NCBI RefSeq assembly: GCF_041248615.1
Contig: NZ_CP158426.1
Length of the DNA stretch: 64,000 nucleotides
Source of the DNA: Escherichia coli
Lineage (GTDB): Bacteria > Pseudomonadota > Gammaproteobacteria > Enterobacterales > Enterobacteriaceae
Direction: 5' to 3' (one strand)
The position numbers were made by a program, and so were the translations under genes. Shown here piece after piece: positions 28,397 through 39,158 of the stretch (the first letter of the stretch is position 1; the number at the start of each line of letters is the position of its first letter). The notes beneath the pieces are model-generated. The model made no database searches and had not been told where the DNA came from. It saw only the letters and a program-made list of their open reading frames with translations.

Positions 28397-30373
28397 ATGC
28401 AGCTTAATCATATCGTTAAAAGTCTGCTAATAACGGGATTATTCACCACCAGTTCTTTACCTCTCCTCGCGGCGGAAGCTCCTAAAGACGCCACCGCAGC
28501 CACGCAACAAGCAAACAATTTACTCTACAACCAGTTGCCGTTTGCCGATAACACTGACTTTACTGATGCCCATAAAGGTTTTATTGCCCCTATCCCTCAA
28601 GACGTGATTAAGGGCGAACAAGGGAATGTTATCTGGGATCCACAACATTACGCTTTTATCAAAGAAGGCGATAAAGCCCCTGATACGGTGAATCCGAGTT
28701 TATGGCGTCAGGCGCAACTGATAAATATCAGCGGGTTATTCGAAGTAACTGAAGGTGTCTATCAGATTCGCAATCTCGATCTATCAAATATGACCATCAT
28801 TGAAGGCAAAGAGGGTATTACCGTCGTTGATCCCCTTGTTTCAGCAGAAACAGCCAAAGTGGGTATGGATCTCTATTACAAAAATCGCGGCAAAAAACCG
28901 GTAGTGGCGGTTATCTATACACACAGTCATGTCGATCACTACGGTGGTGTTCGTGGCGTAATTGATGAAGCTGACGTTAAATCAGGCAAAGTTAAAATCT
29001 ATGCGCCAGCCGGATTTTTGGAGGAAGCCGTTTCCGAAAACATCATGGCTGGCAATGTTATGAGCCGACGAGCCAGTTATATGTATGGCAACTTATTGAA
29101 ACCTGATGTTAAAGGCCAGGTGGGGGCTGGACTGGGAACGACTACTTCAGCAGGAACAGTCACGTTGATTGCTCCTACTAACTACATCACCAAAACCGGA
29201 CAAAAAGAAACTATTGACGGGTTGACTTATGATTTCCTGATGGCGCCAGGTTCTGAAGCGCCTTCTGAAATGCTGTGGTTTATTGAAGAAAAGAAACTGA
29301 TCGAAACCGCTGAAGATGTCACGCACACCCTTCATAACACCTATTCGCTGCGTGGGGCTAAAATTCGCCAACCGCTGCCGTGGTCAAAATATATTAATGA
29401 AGCTCTCAATTTGTGGGGTGATAAAGCCGAGATTATTCTCGCTCAACATCACTGGCCAACCTGGGGCAACGATAACGTGGTCAAACTGCTTAAAAGCCAG
29501 CGTGATTTGTATCGTTACATCAATGATCAAACTCTGCGCATGGCTAATCAAGGGATGACCCGTGATGAAATTGCCGCAAACTTTAAACTGCCCTCTTCAC
29601 TGGCTAACACCTGGGCGAATCGCGGCTATTACGGTTCGGTAAGTCATGACGTGAAAGCAACTTACGTGCTTTATCTCGGCTGGTTTGATGGTAACCCCGC
29701 GACGCTTGATGAACTGCCGCCAGAAGAAGGCGCAAAAAAATTCGTCGAGTATATGGGCGGTGCTGATGCCATTTTACAGAAAGCCAAACAGGATTATGAC
29801 CAGGGTAATTTCCGCTGGGTTGCCCAAGTTGTTAGTAAGGTGGTGTTTGCCGATCCAAACAACCAGGCAGCGAGAGATCTGGAAGCTGATGCGCTTGAGC
29901 AGTTAGGCTATCAGGCTGAATCTGGGCCGTGGCGTAATTTCTATCTCACTGGTGCACAGGAATTGCGTAATGGCGTACAAAAATTACCAACACCAAATAC
30001 TGCCAGCCCAGACACCGTGCGTGCGATGACGCCGGAGATGTTCTTTGATTATCTTGCCGTCCATATTAATGGTGAGAAAGCGGCAGATGCCAAAACCGTG
30101 TTGAATTTCGATTTTGGTGAAGATGGCGGCACCTATAAAGTGGAGCTTGAAAATGGTGTTCTCAATCATACCGCTGGTGTAGAGGCTTCGGATGCTGATG
30201 CCACTATCACTCTGTCTCGTGATGTATTGAACAAAATTGTACTGAAAGAAGAGACGCTGAAAGAAGCCACGGCCAAAGGAGATGTCAAAATTACTGGCAA
30301 TGAGGAAAAACTCAACGAGCTGTTAGGTTATATGGATAATTTTGAATTTTGGTTCAATATAGTGACACCATAA
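28397..30373 (+). CDS. Secreted alkyl/aryl-sulfatase, SdsA1/YjcS-like (metallo-beta-lactamase fold plus SCP2-like C-terminus)
   Basis: 658 aa; signal peptide MQLNHIVKSLLITGLFTTSSLPLLAAEA; MBL motif THSHVDHYGG; overall architecture of the alkyl sulfatase family; ATG with GGAGA RBS. Confidence 0.85.
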   Translation: MQLNHIVKSLLITGLFTTSSLPLLAAEAPKDATAATQQANNLLYNQLPFADNTDFTDAHKGFIAPIPQDVIKGEQGNVIWDPQHYAFIKEGDKAPDTVNPSLWRQAQLINISGLFEVTEGVYQIRNLDLSNMTIIEGKEGITVVDPLVSAETAKVGMDLYYKNRGKKPVVAVIYTHSHVDHYGGVRGVIDEADVKSGKVKIYAPAGFLEEAVSENIMAGNVMSRRASYMYGNLLKPDVKGQVGAGLGTTTSAGTVTLIAPTNYITKTGQKETIDGLTYDFLMAPGSEAPSEMLWFIEEKKLIETAEDVTHTLHNTYSLRGAKIRQPLPWSKYINEALNLWGDKAEIILAQHHWPTWGNDNVVKLLKSQRDLYRYINDQTLRMANQGMTRDEIAANFKLPSSLANTWANRGYYGSVSHDVKATYVLYLGWFDGNPATLDELPPEEGAKKFVEYMGGADAILQKAKQDYDQGNFRWVAQVVSKVVFADPNNQAARDLEADALEQLGYQAESGPWRNFYLTGAQELRNGVQKLPTPNTASPDTVRAMTPEMFFDYLAVHINGEKAADAKTVLNFDFGEDGGTYKVELENGVLNHTAGVEASDADATITLSRDVLNKIVLKEETLKEATAKGDVKITGNEEKLNELLGYMDNFEFWFNIVTP

Positions 30374-30385
30374 ATTTACTGCATA

Positions 30386-30410
30386 CCGGGCAGGTATCCT
30401 GCCCTTTTTT
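30386..30410 (+). terminator. Rho-independent terminator after the sulfatase gene
   Basis: Stem gggcagg/cctgccc with 3-nt loop followed by TTTTTT. Confidence 0.6.
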
Positions 30411-30419
30411 GGTTAAAAA

Positions 30420-31517
30420 ATGGCTGAACGAAGAAAAACGCATCACTCATGGAAAACCCGCCGCGATATGGTTATTCGCGGCATGACGATTAGTTTGCCA
30501 TGGTTTGCTTTTATCAATGTCAGTTTTGCATTGATAATTTTGCTGCGCCGTGTTCTGTTTAATGACCTTACTCCACCCTGGTTAAATGAAAAAAGCCTTA
30601 TACATTCTATTGATATATCTGCAACGGGTATTCTGCTGATTTGCAGTGGTTTACTACTCATCCCTCGGCAAAAAACATTACCTATCCAGGTGCTATTAGT
30701 TGCCCTGAGCCTGCTATGGTCATGGTGTAGTTATCACTTTATTGCGTACTGGACGCTGCAGTTTGCTTATCCACTATGTGTATTATTAATGCTTAGTGGC
30801 GTTGTCGCACTTTATTTCCATACCCCATCATTGCTCGCATTTGTCATTCCCTTATGGTTCACCACTCCAATAGCGAGTCTTATGCTTAATCAACAGATCA
30901 ATATTCATTTTGCTGTTGTATGGTGTATTTTTTCACTGGCGCTATATGGTGGGCGACTCATTTTGTTACGTTGGTTTGAAGAAGCATGGGTACAAAACAG
31001 TTATAACAACCAGTTAATTAATCGCCTTGATGCATTAGCACATCGTGATCCTTTAACTGGGATAGCAAACCGACGTGCAATGAACAGTATCTTACACGAC
31101 GCGATGGATAACGGCGGGTCATTTGCTCTTATTATGCTGGATGTCGATTTTTTTAAACGTTACAACGACACTTACGGGCATCCTGCTGGGGATCGTTGTC
31201 TAATACAAGTTGCCGACGCTCTACAGCGTTCAACTCGCCAGTCGGAGGATGTTGTTGTCCGTTATGGTGGCGAAGAGTTTGCCATCATACTTTTTAATGC
31301 AACATTGCCGGAAGCAGAGACGGTAGCAGCCAGAGTGAAGCAAGAACTTAAACTGGCAGCTATCCCACATCAGGCATCTGCTGTTAATGCATTTGTTACG
31401 GTTAGTCAGGGGATTACCTGTTCTGCTCCCGCAAAAACGGCTGAACAAATTATTTCAGATGCCGACGCTGCGTTATACCGGGCGAAAGAAAGTGGGCGAA
31501 ATCGATGGGCTTTATAA
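30420..31517 (+). CDS. Membrane-anchored diguanylate cyclase (GGDEF domain)
   Basis: N-terminal about 190 aa with multiple hydrophobic TM segments, C-terminal GGDEF domain with active-site motif RYGGEEF; start codon uncertain (ATG 30420 lies only 10 nt after a terminator; alternative in-frame ATGs at 30468 and 30483). Confidence 0.8.
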   Translation: MAERRKTHHSWKTRRDMVIRGMTISLPWFAFINVSFALIILLRRVLFNDLTPPWLNEKSLIHSIDISATGILLICSGLLLIPRQKTLPIQVLLVALSLLWSWCSYHFIAYWTLQFAYPLCVLLMLSGVVALYFHTPSLLAFVIPLWFTTPIASLMLNQQINIHFAVVWCIFSLALYGGRLILLRWFEEAWVQNSYNNQLINRLDALAHRDPLTGIANRRAMNSILHDAMDNGGSFALIMLDVDFFKRYNDTYGHPAGDRCLIQVADALQRSTRQSEDVVVRYGGEEFAIILFNATLPEAETVAARVKQELKLAAIPHQASAVNAFVTVSQGITCSAPAKTAEQIISDADAALYRAKESGRNRWAL

Positions 31518-31590
31518 GCATTAGGGGACTGGACAGATTACGTCTCTCCTCGCTTAACAAGGGCTGACGGAGGGTAATAATTGTCTATAG

Positions 31591-32142
31591 CTATCTTCTT
31601 AGCGATGTCTTTCTGGTATCACATTGGATCGGTGCAATTATTTTTCCTTTAATACCCATTATGTTAAGAAATTCAGAAACAGCTGTAATCTCATTGTTTT
31701 TTTCATTCGTCTTGATCTTCCAAGGAATCTGACTGTGCATTATTGAGAACACACTAATAACGTGAATCGCTCCCTTGCGACGACTCTTGTCATAAGAGTA
31801 CCGGAGCGTTTTTCCATCAATTGCAATGACGTCTTTATCATCTGAAGAATGGCAGTCAAGCATCCAGTTAATAAAGCACTCATGAAATTTTTCAGGACTG
31901 ATACAGGATACAACTCTGGCAATGGTATCGTGAACAGGAATACCATTATCAAAATCACCATATTGCTTCAAAAAATCGAGATGTGTTTCCCCAAAATCCT
32001 CTATATCTTCCCAGCCTTCTGCACCCGAAATAACGGCACAAATAGTCAACAGTAGAATATCCGATAATTTATGTTCCACTTTCCAGGCTTGTCTGTAATC
32101 GGGGATAATAGAAATATGTCCCATCAATTTTTTAAGTTCCAT
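31591..32142 (-). pseudogene. ISAs1-family (H-repeat) transposase, N-terminal fragment only (3'-truncated remnant)
   Basis: 183-aa ORF aligning to the N-terminal half of the second H-repeat transposase in this window (shared ...DYRQxWK...AEGWEDIxDFGExHL...GxPxHxTIARV...AIDGKxLR...); remainder absent; upstream end shares the ISAs1 terminal region with the other copy. Confidence 0.75.
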
Positions 32143-32727
32143 TTTGTTCTCCTTAATTATGTAAGGAGTATTTGATCATGTATACGCAATAAAAAACAGC
32201 TTCAGGTAATGAGGAATATCTCAATTGTTAAACATAAAATGCGAATTGTCTAGTACAAAAAAGCAGCGTTACGTGATCTTTCCGTGGATCGTCAAATTGT
32301 TCGAGAGAAAATACCAACATGATGGATTTTACTGTAAAAGTAATGTCGTAGTTTAAAAACTCATCATCCGGTAAAGCCTTGTGGGGCGTGGGCTTTCATA
32401 CTTTTACCCTGATGTCTGCTATACGCCGGACACCCTTTACGTAGCATTCGGAATTCACCCGTAAATTTATCACGGCGGTATCACGAAACCTCCGGTTCTG
32501 ATGCCGCTTAGGACTAACGACACGTCAACACAGGTTCGGGTTTATTCATTTCACTGTATCTCATATAATCTGAGCACTCCCCCTGCGCTCGCTACTATGA
32601 CTCTTTACCACAGCAACCGGGGTTGTTTGGGATCGGCTTTCAACAGCAGATCCCGGTGGCTATTGCAAGTAAGTCTACTTTCCACATCAGTGTTACTGAC
32701 ACAGAAAATAATGAGTTATGATCCTTG

Positions 32728-33213
32728 TCATATTTTTAATATAGCCCCATGAGCTATAGGATCAAAACCTTCTAACCATGAGGTGTTTTTATCGAATAAT
32801 GCACCTGTTATATTTATATCGCCATATCTATCACATAATAAATTAGCGCCACATAAGTCAGCACCAGAAAAATTTGAATCTTTAACGTCTGCATTGCAAA
32901 AGGTTGAATTAGTTAATATAGCACCCTCAAAGTTTGCACCTATTGACCTTGAATTACTAAAGTCACTTCCAGTGAAATCTGAGTTATTAAGAATAGCGTT
33001 CATCAGAGCCGCATTGCGAAAGACAGCATTTCTAGTTGATGTATGTTGAATCATTACATTTCTTAAATGGGAATTTTCAAATTTCGCCCCATCAAGACAA
33101 TAACCATTGAGGATGGCACGATGTAGATCCATCCCGCTAAAATCATATCCAGCAAGAGTGGTACTATCTATATCAAGAAATTTATTGGTTATTAAAAACG
33201 CGATTCTTATCAT
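32728..33213 (-). CDS. Pentapeptide-repeat protein, candidate Rhs immunity protein
   Basis: 161 aa with about 20 consecutive pentapeptide repeats (central L/F every fifth residue, e.g. [20 protein letters not shown]); AT-rich; start overlaps the Rhs stop codon (ATGA). Confidence 0.8.
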   Translation of the reverse strand: MIRIAFLITNKFLDIDSTTLAGYDFSGMDLHRAILNGYCLDGAKFENSHLRNVMIQHTSTRNAVFRNAALMNAILNNSDFTGSDFSNSRSIGANFEGAILTNSTFCNADVKDSNFSGADLCGANLLCDRYGDINITGALFDKNTSWLEGFDPIAHGAILKI

Positions 33214-36200
33214 CTATTCCCCCAATCATCTAACTCCGGAAAAATTTGGCTAAACGGATATAGTGGTGCCGATAATGGACGCGTACCTGGCCGCTCAGGA
33301 GGAAGTTTATCACATAACAGACCCGCAACCATCCTGTGATTACCATTAACAATCACATTCCCATCCATATCAACCGGTGGTGCTCCACTACCATCTTCCA
33401 GCATTTGTACGTAGTGAGCTACTACGGGTACTGAGACTTTTTGTTGTACTGTCAACAAGGGACTGTTGGCCACAACCATCCTGATGTTTTCAGGTGTCGT
33501 AGGTAAACATTTAGTCTTCTCTTGACTAAAGGTATCATCCCACAATTTTGTTAAACCCATCACTGCCTGTTGTCTGTATTTATCCATGGGGTCAGCAATC
33601 AACCAAGATGGACCTGACTGCTCTATGGAATCTTCTCCGGAGAGACCCAACGGATCTATCTTAGTAGTTGGATTCAATGGATACTGATACAGGTTCCATG
33701 CACCTCTTAGCCCAATGGGATCCTGGGTGATATACCGCCCCTGCAACGGGTCATAGTACCGGTTGCGGTTATAGTACAGCCCCGACTCCTCATCATACTG
33801 CTGCCCCGGCAGACGGTACGGCTGTTGCAGTTGCTGCGCGCTGGTTTCGCCCAGCAGGTTTCCCCACTCGTCATACTCCCCCTGCCACGCCGTTTCCCCT
33901 TCCGGGCTGATGAGCGCCTGCGGCAGCCCCCGGTGGTCGCAGTGGTAAAGATGAAGTGTCCTCTCCGGGATGTATTCCGCCTCCATCTGGTTTTTCATCT
34001 GTTCCGCCGTCAGCCCGCACTGCTGAAGCCATGCCTCACTCTCCGCACTCACCGCACCCGCGCGCAGTTCCCGCTCCAGCCTCCCCAGCATCACCGACAG
34101 CTCCGCCGGTAGCGTCACCCCCGTGTCCTCCTGCAACACCTCCGCCAGACTCCGGTGCCGCGCCTTCGCCTGTTCACCATTCTCTGTTTCGATTCTGATG
34201 AGCGGCGTGAAGCTCCCCGGCTGGTATACCGTCTGGATACGCGTGGTGCCGGTCTGTACCGTCGTCAGCCTGTCACCGTCCCACCCGTACCAGGTCTCCT
34301 CCGGTTTACGCGACAGCGACATCCACCCCGTCAGGTCACGCTCCCGCCGCCACACCCGTTTCCCCGTCCGGCGGCCCAGCGGGTCATAGAGGTAGCGGCT
34401 CTCCACCTGTGGCTCGCCGTGCTGTATCCGCGTGTAGAACACCAGGCGGTGCTGGCTGTCGTAATGGTAGTGGTGCGTCCGCTCGTCGTGCATCCGTATC
34501 ACCCCTTCCGGGATACGGTCCGTCTTCTCCGCCAGCCTGCCGTATTCATCGTAGCGGTAGACATAGTGCGCATCTTCCGTGATGCGGTTATCCGGCCACG
34601 CCGTGAAGGTGCTGTCCGGGTGCAGTTCCGGGTCCGGCAGCCGGTTTCCTGCCGGGTCCGTCGCATACGGGATATCGATATCCAGGTTCGCCGCCGTGGT
34701 GTGAACGCCCGTCAGTCTTCCCGTGTCGCTGTAACGGTACTTCCGGCTCTCCTGCGGGCCGCTGATGCGCACCAGTTGCCCGTTATCGTTCCACGTATAC
34801 TCACGGTCAAGCTGCGGAAGGTTCAGGTGCCTGCTCCGGAGCTGCCCTGTGAGGGTGTACGCCGTGGCCTGTTCGTACCCCGCTGTACTGCCCGCCCCGC
34901 CGAAGCTGCGGGCCGTCTCACGGTGCAGCCGGTCCCGCGTGTACTCGACCAGCGGCGTTCCGCCCAGCTTCATCCCCGCAAGATAACCGCTGCCATACGT
35001 CAGCCACTCCACCGGCGGCAGACCGTCCGGCTCCTGACGGGTCGCCAGCCCCTGTTCGCTGTAGACGTGCCTCGTCTCATGCTCCCACAGCATCTCCCCC
35101 GTCTCCTGGTTCTCCACCGTCTGCCGTTCGCCCGTCAGGCGGCCTTTATCGTCATAGCCGTAGTGGACCGCCACACGGTGGCCTTCGCTCAGGTGGCTGA
35201 TTTCTGTCAGCCAGCCGTGGTCGTCATACTGCCACTGCTCCGCCGGGTCGCCGTTCACCGTCCGGTGCGTGATGCGCCCGGCGTCATCGTAGTACCACTG
35301 CGTGACCTGCCCCTCATCCTCGCTGCGGATGAGCTGCCCTGTGGCGCTGTACCGGTAACGCTGTGTCCTGCCGTCAAAGCCGCGCTGCTCCGTCAGCCTG
35401 TCCACCGGGTCATACCGGAACGTGGACTGGCTGCCGTTCTCGTTGGTCAGCACGGTGATGCGCCCGGCGGCGTCATACTCCATGCTGCGCGTCAGTCCGC
35501 CCTGCGTGGTGCTGACGGCCTTTCCCCACGCATCATACTGTGTCTCACTCCGGCTGCCGTTCGGGGCAATGATAGCGGTGAGGTCGCCTGCGGCGCTGTA
35601 CTCATAACGGGTTTCACGTCCCTGCGCATCCTTCTGACTGACCAGTTGACCACGCGGGTTATAACTGCTGTAAGTGCTGATGCCTTCCTCCCGGTGAACC
35701 GCCGTCCTCTGACCGTACCGGTCGTATTCATACCGCGTCGTGTACCCTGAACAGTCCGTAAATGCCTGAAGCTGACCGTACCGGTTTCGCGTTATTCTCC
35801 GCCTCACCCCGGTTCCGTCTTCCACCGCACAGGGCAGGCCACTGCGGGAAGAATCATAAAACCAGCGCGTAATGTTACCGTTGCGCGAGACCTCTTCCGC
35901 CAGCCTGCCCTGACGGTCATATTTCCGGCTGCGGCGCAGCCCGTCCGGGTACGTCACTGACGTCAGTTGCAACTGGTTGTTGTAACCATACCGTACCGTC
36001 CTGCCGTCCGGCAGTATCACTGAAGTCAGCTTTCCCGACGCCATATGCAGCCGGTACTCCGTCCGCCGTCCCGCCGCATCCGTCTGCGCCTTCAGCCTCC
36101 CCGCCTCATCATACTCGCTGCGGGTGATGCTCCCGTCCCCATACTCCTTCTTCACCACCCGCTTCAGGCCGCCCTCGCCCTCCGTGTACAGCACCTCCCG

Positions 36201-37421
36201 CCGGTTCAGGCTGTCCGTGATGGTCACGCGGTCCTGCCCGTACTCAAAGCGGTAGTCCAGCCCCTCCGGGTTGACCTGCTCCGTCACCCGACCGGTATCA
36301 TCATACCGGTAGCGGCTCTCCGGCCTCCCCGCATAATGGTGCGCCACCATCCGCCCGGCGTGCTCCGCATCATAAGTAAACCCGCGCACCTGCGTCCCGC
36401 TGCGGTCATACACCGCCCGCAGTTCTCCGCTGGCCGTGTACGTGTAGCGCGCCAGCGGCGCAGTCGGCAGTTCATCCGGGTATGCCGGGTCGTGTGTCAG
36501 CCATACCGCCTCCAGCCGGATACCGTTATCGGCACCGTACTCTGTACCGGTGGGCAGCGTGTCGGGGAAAAACTGAGAAGAGGAAACAGAACGGGGACTG
36601 GCCGGAGAAGATAAAGAAGACTCGCGCTGTTTACGGAAGGCTTTCGCCCGCTGCGCCTGTGTGGTCAGCGCCAGATGAAAACGGCGGCCCGCGCCGTCCG
36701 TCACCCCCGTCACCGCGCCCGCCGCTTCCCCCTCTGCCGCCCGGTGGAAGGCCAGCGTCCGCCCGAAGCCGTCCACCACGCCCGTCAGCACCCGGTATGC
36801 GGGCGGCTCCGGCGGCAGCACCTCGTCCGCCTCCGGCACCCGCTCCGGCCAGCCGAGTATCCACCACGGCCCCTGAAGGCTGTTTGTCGCCAGGTACACA
36901 TGCGGGCTTAAGCGGAGACTCTCCGGCAGCACCTGCCAGAGCGCGCTTAGCGGCTGCGAACTGTGCTGCTCCGCCACCCCGCCCCTTGCCAGCCAGAACG
37001 ACTCGCTGCGGCTGTAGCTTATCTCGCCGGGAAACAGCGGCTCAAAGTGAATGCTCCTGCCGCCACTGTCGTTGAGTATCAGTTCCCGCTCATGAACCTG
37101 TAAGCGGATATCGAAGGGCGCTTTCCAGCCGGGACCAAACACCCCCACCGGCGCGGGTGTCCTGGTCCGGTAGCTGCTGTAGGCGCGGGAAAGAATAAAC
37201 GGCAACGGGCCGGGCAGCGCAAGATCCGTCTCGCCCGGCAGCACCTTCGCACCCAGTAGCGGGTTCACCGGGTTACCCTTCTGCTCCTCCACCGGGCTGT
37301 TGGGACACACCGAGCAGGCCACTCCCGTCGGCGCACCTATCAGCACCCCCGCTGAACCCTGCACAATATCCAGTCCCTTGCGGGTCATATCGCCCTGTCG
37401 CGCCGCCGGTTTTCCGCTCAT
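33210..37421 (-). CDS. Full-length Rhs family protein (YD-repeat shell) with a variable C-terminal toxin domain
   Basis: 1403 aa; N-terminus [13 protein letters not shown]... and YD repeats closely resemble E. coli RhsA-type core; PxxxxDPxGL demarcation motif ([10 protein letters not shown]) followed by a 143-aa low-GC tip (33210-33641). Confidence 0.92.
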   Translation of the reverse strand: MSGKPAARQGDMTRKGLDIVQGSAGVLIGAPTGVACSVCPNSPVEEQKGNPVNPLLGAKVLPGETDLALPGPLPFILSRAYSSYRTRTPAPVGVFGPGWKAPFDIRLQVHERELILNDSGGRSIHFEPLFPGEISYSRSESFWLARGGVAEQHSSQPLSALWQVLPESLRLSPHVYLATNSLQGPWWILGWPERVPEADEVLPPEPPAYRVLTGVVDGFGRTLAFHRAAEGEAAGAVTGVTDGAGRRFHLALTTQAQRAKAFRKQRESSLSSPASPRSVSSSQFFPDTLPTGTEYGADNGIRLEAVWLTHDPAYPDELPTAPLARYTYTASGELRAVYDRSGTQVRGFTYDAEHAGRMVAHHYAGRPESRYRYDDTGRVTEQVNPEGLDYRFEYGQDRVTITDSLNRREVLYTEGEGGLKRVVKKEYGDGSITRSEYDEAGRLKAQTDAAGRRTEYRLHMASGKLTSVILPDGRTVRYGYNNQLQLTSVTYPDGLRRSRKYDRQGRLAEEVSRNGNITRWFYDSSRSGLPCAVEDGTGVRRRITRNRYGQLQAFTDCSGYTTRYEYDRYGQRTAVHREEGISTYSSYNPRGQLVSQKDAQGRETRYEYSAAGDLTAIIAPNGSRSETQYDAWGKAVSTTQGGLTRSMEYDAAGRITVLTNENGSQSTFRYDPVDRLTEQRGFDGRTQRYRYSATGQLIRSEDEGQVTQWYYDDAGRITHRTVNGDPAEQWQYDDHGWLTEISHLSEGHRVAVHYGYDDKGRLTGERQTVENQETGEMLWEHETRHVYSEQGLATRQEPDGLPPVEWLTYGSGYLAGMKLGGTPLVEYTRDRLHRETARSFGGAGSTAGYEQATAYTLTGQLRSRHLNLPQLDREYTWNDNGQLVRISGPQESRKYRYSDTGRLTGVHTTAANLDIDIPYATDPAGNRLPDPELHPDSTFTAWPDNRITEDAHYVYRYDEYGRLAEKTDRIPEGVIRMHDERTHHYHYDSQHRLVFYTRIQHGEPQVESRYLYDPLGRRTGKRVWRRERDLTGWMSLSRKPEETWYGWDGDRLTTVQTGTTRIQTVYQPGSFTPLIRIETENGEQAKARHRSLAEVLQEDTGVTLPAELSVMLGRLERELRAGAVSAESEAWLQQCGLTAEQMKNQMEAEYIPERTLHLYHCDHRGLPQALISPEGETAWQGEYDEWGNLLGETSAQQLQQPYRLPGQQYDEESGLYYNRNRYYDPLQGRYITQDPIGLRGAWNLYQYPLNPTTKIDPLGLSGEDSIEQSGPSWLIADPMDKYRQQAVMGLTKLWDDTFSQEKTKCLPTTPENIRMVVANSPLLTVQQKVSVPVVAHYVQMLEDGSGAPPVDMDGNVIVNGNHRMVAGLLCDKLPPERPGTRPLSAPLYPFSQIFPELDDWGNR

Positions 37422-37831
37422 GGTTTATTCCTTAAATTATTTATGGTTTTATTCTGAGTGCAATCCATACTGATTCATAACCAGTGAATAAGATTTCCCC
37501 GAATAATCTATATAAATTAGCGAAGTCCTCTTCACTAATTAACCGTAAAATCCCGTACCAATGAAATATAAAAATAACCACCCACACAAATTTATTGCAA
37601 ATATTATTTATTATTGTATATACATCATTCACTGAACGTTCTCAAACTGCATACCTTAGAACCATCAATTAAAGCCACAACAAAAAAAATCGATTACTTT
37701 ATGTCGCATGACAAATATGAATTACATATTAATCAACCTTAAAAACAATCATCTCTTATAATTAACAGCATACCATGAGAAACACAAAATCAATTTACCA
37801 TGCATACCAGGAGCATAATTAACCTCTCACC

Positions 37832-39158
37832 GCAGGGCGAAATCATGAAGGCCCGCAGCCAGCAAGGATTAGAGAAAGGTATTCATTCTTACGTCCTGCC
37901 CGCTTTTGCTTGCGTTTAATACCCGCTTTAAAGCTATTCTCTGCGGTCAGTAAATTCATCGCGATATGTCGACAAACTGCCAGATTTTCTCCCGCTTCTC
38001 CACGAACAATCTGGCATTCATCTTCCCGCATCCCCATATCAAGTCGCCAGTGCAGTTGATTTTCTACCGACCAGTGTGCTCGTGTTGCTTCCAGGAGTTC
38101 TTTCGCCGTAAGCGTCACCGAACTTATGTAGTAGCGAAGAATACACTTCTCTGATTTCACCGCTGTTTCTCCTTCCTGTCTGCTCGCCAGCACTATTCCT
38201 ATCGTGCTCAGCTCTGACCATTCATAAGCTAAATCACCCAGAGCGGTTAAATCATGGCTCACAATGCAGCATCGTGTATCTTCCCGTCCATGCCCTTTTT
38301 CCTGCGTGCTGTAACTGTCATACCTCTCACCCAGCCACATTGTCGGCGAGTACCCGTTATCAAACGCCTCCGCTAATTTTCCCTGATTTCCTTTCAGCGC
38401 CAGCAGGTAACCGGCTTTCTTTTTCAGAATTTCACGGGCGATTATATGCTGGCAACCCATTGCATCCAGCGTGACCAGACACCCTTTTAATTCCAGCAAC
38501 TGGAGCCGTTCCGGGATCGCCGTTATCTCATTCGATTTTGCCCCTGTTTTCACCTGCCCCAAAACCAGACGATTTTCTGCGCTAAAAGCACTGACCCTAT
38601 GGATCACGGCATTACGTTTCGATTTATCGTAAGTACCCCGTAATGACTTACCATCAATCGCCACAACAGAGCCTTCAGACAACGTGTGACAGTCCTTCAT
38701 CTACTGGATAAAAAGGGGCTGTAATTGTTTTGCTGAAATCATTCCCATCACTCGGGCAATCGTGTGATGGGAGGGGGTGCCATTTTCAAAATCACCATAC
38801 AGGCGTAACCATTCCAGATGCTCCTCACCAAAATCAGCAATTTCTTCCCATCCTTCAGCGCCACCGATAATGGCGGTGATCGTCAGAAAAAGGATATCCG
38901 CCAGGCTGTAACTGGTTTTCCAGGACTGGCGATAATCGTGAATAATTGAAATTTGATCCAAAAGGCTTAGTCCGTTCATGGTGTGCTATCCATCAAAAAG
39001 AAAGGATAAGATCACACTGAAATAAGATGGTCAAATTGATCGAAAAAAAAGATCAACATGATGGGTTTTACGATAAAAGTAATGTCGCGATTTAAAAATT
39101 CATCATTCACCAAAGTCTTGTGGGGCGCGGGCTTTCATGCTTTTTCCCTGATACGCTA
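37832..39158 (-). mobile_element. ISAs1-family (H-repeat) insertion sequence, about 1.3 kb
   Basis: Imperfect terminal inverted repeats atcatgaaRgcccgc at both ends; carries the H-repeat transposase frame; boundaries approximate. Confidence 0.7.
37843..38979 (-). pseudogene. ISAs1-family H-repeat transposase interrupted by an in-frame amber codon
   Basis: Two adjacent ORFs (92 aa and 285 aa) in the same frame separated only by TAG at 38701-38703; together they form a roughly 378-aa DDE transposase of the H-repeat-associated family. Confidence 0.75.

Noticed and set aside
32501-32752. 83-aa plus-strand ORF between the ISAs1 fragment and the immunity gene
   Set aside because: No RBS, overlaps the 3' end of the immunity gene on the opposite strand, Ser/Thr/Leu-rich low-complexity product; the underlying DNA segment is kept as a separate low-interest finding.
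34155-35750. 531-aa ORF on the plus strand inside the Rhs gene, plus further long plus-strand ORFs at 36045-36614 and 36482-37075
   Set aside because: They lie antisense to the well-supported Rhs coding frame in a GC-rich region where stop codons are rare; their products are low-complexity Arg/Pro/Ala-rich with no domain signal. Treated as antisense artefacts.
37441-37632. 63-aa minus-strand ORF in the AT-rich region upstream of the Rhs start
   Set aside because: Very AT-rich region where short ORFs arise by chance; hydrophobic product without clear start signals; more likely part of the Rhs promoter/leader region.
37843-38703. Possibility that the split H-repeat transposase is two genuine genes
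   Set aside because: The two ORFs are in the same frame and separated by a single TAG, and together they reconstitute the full-length ISAs1-type transposase; a single interrupted gene is the simpler explanation.
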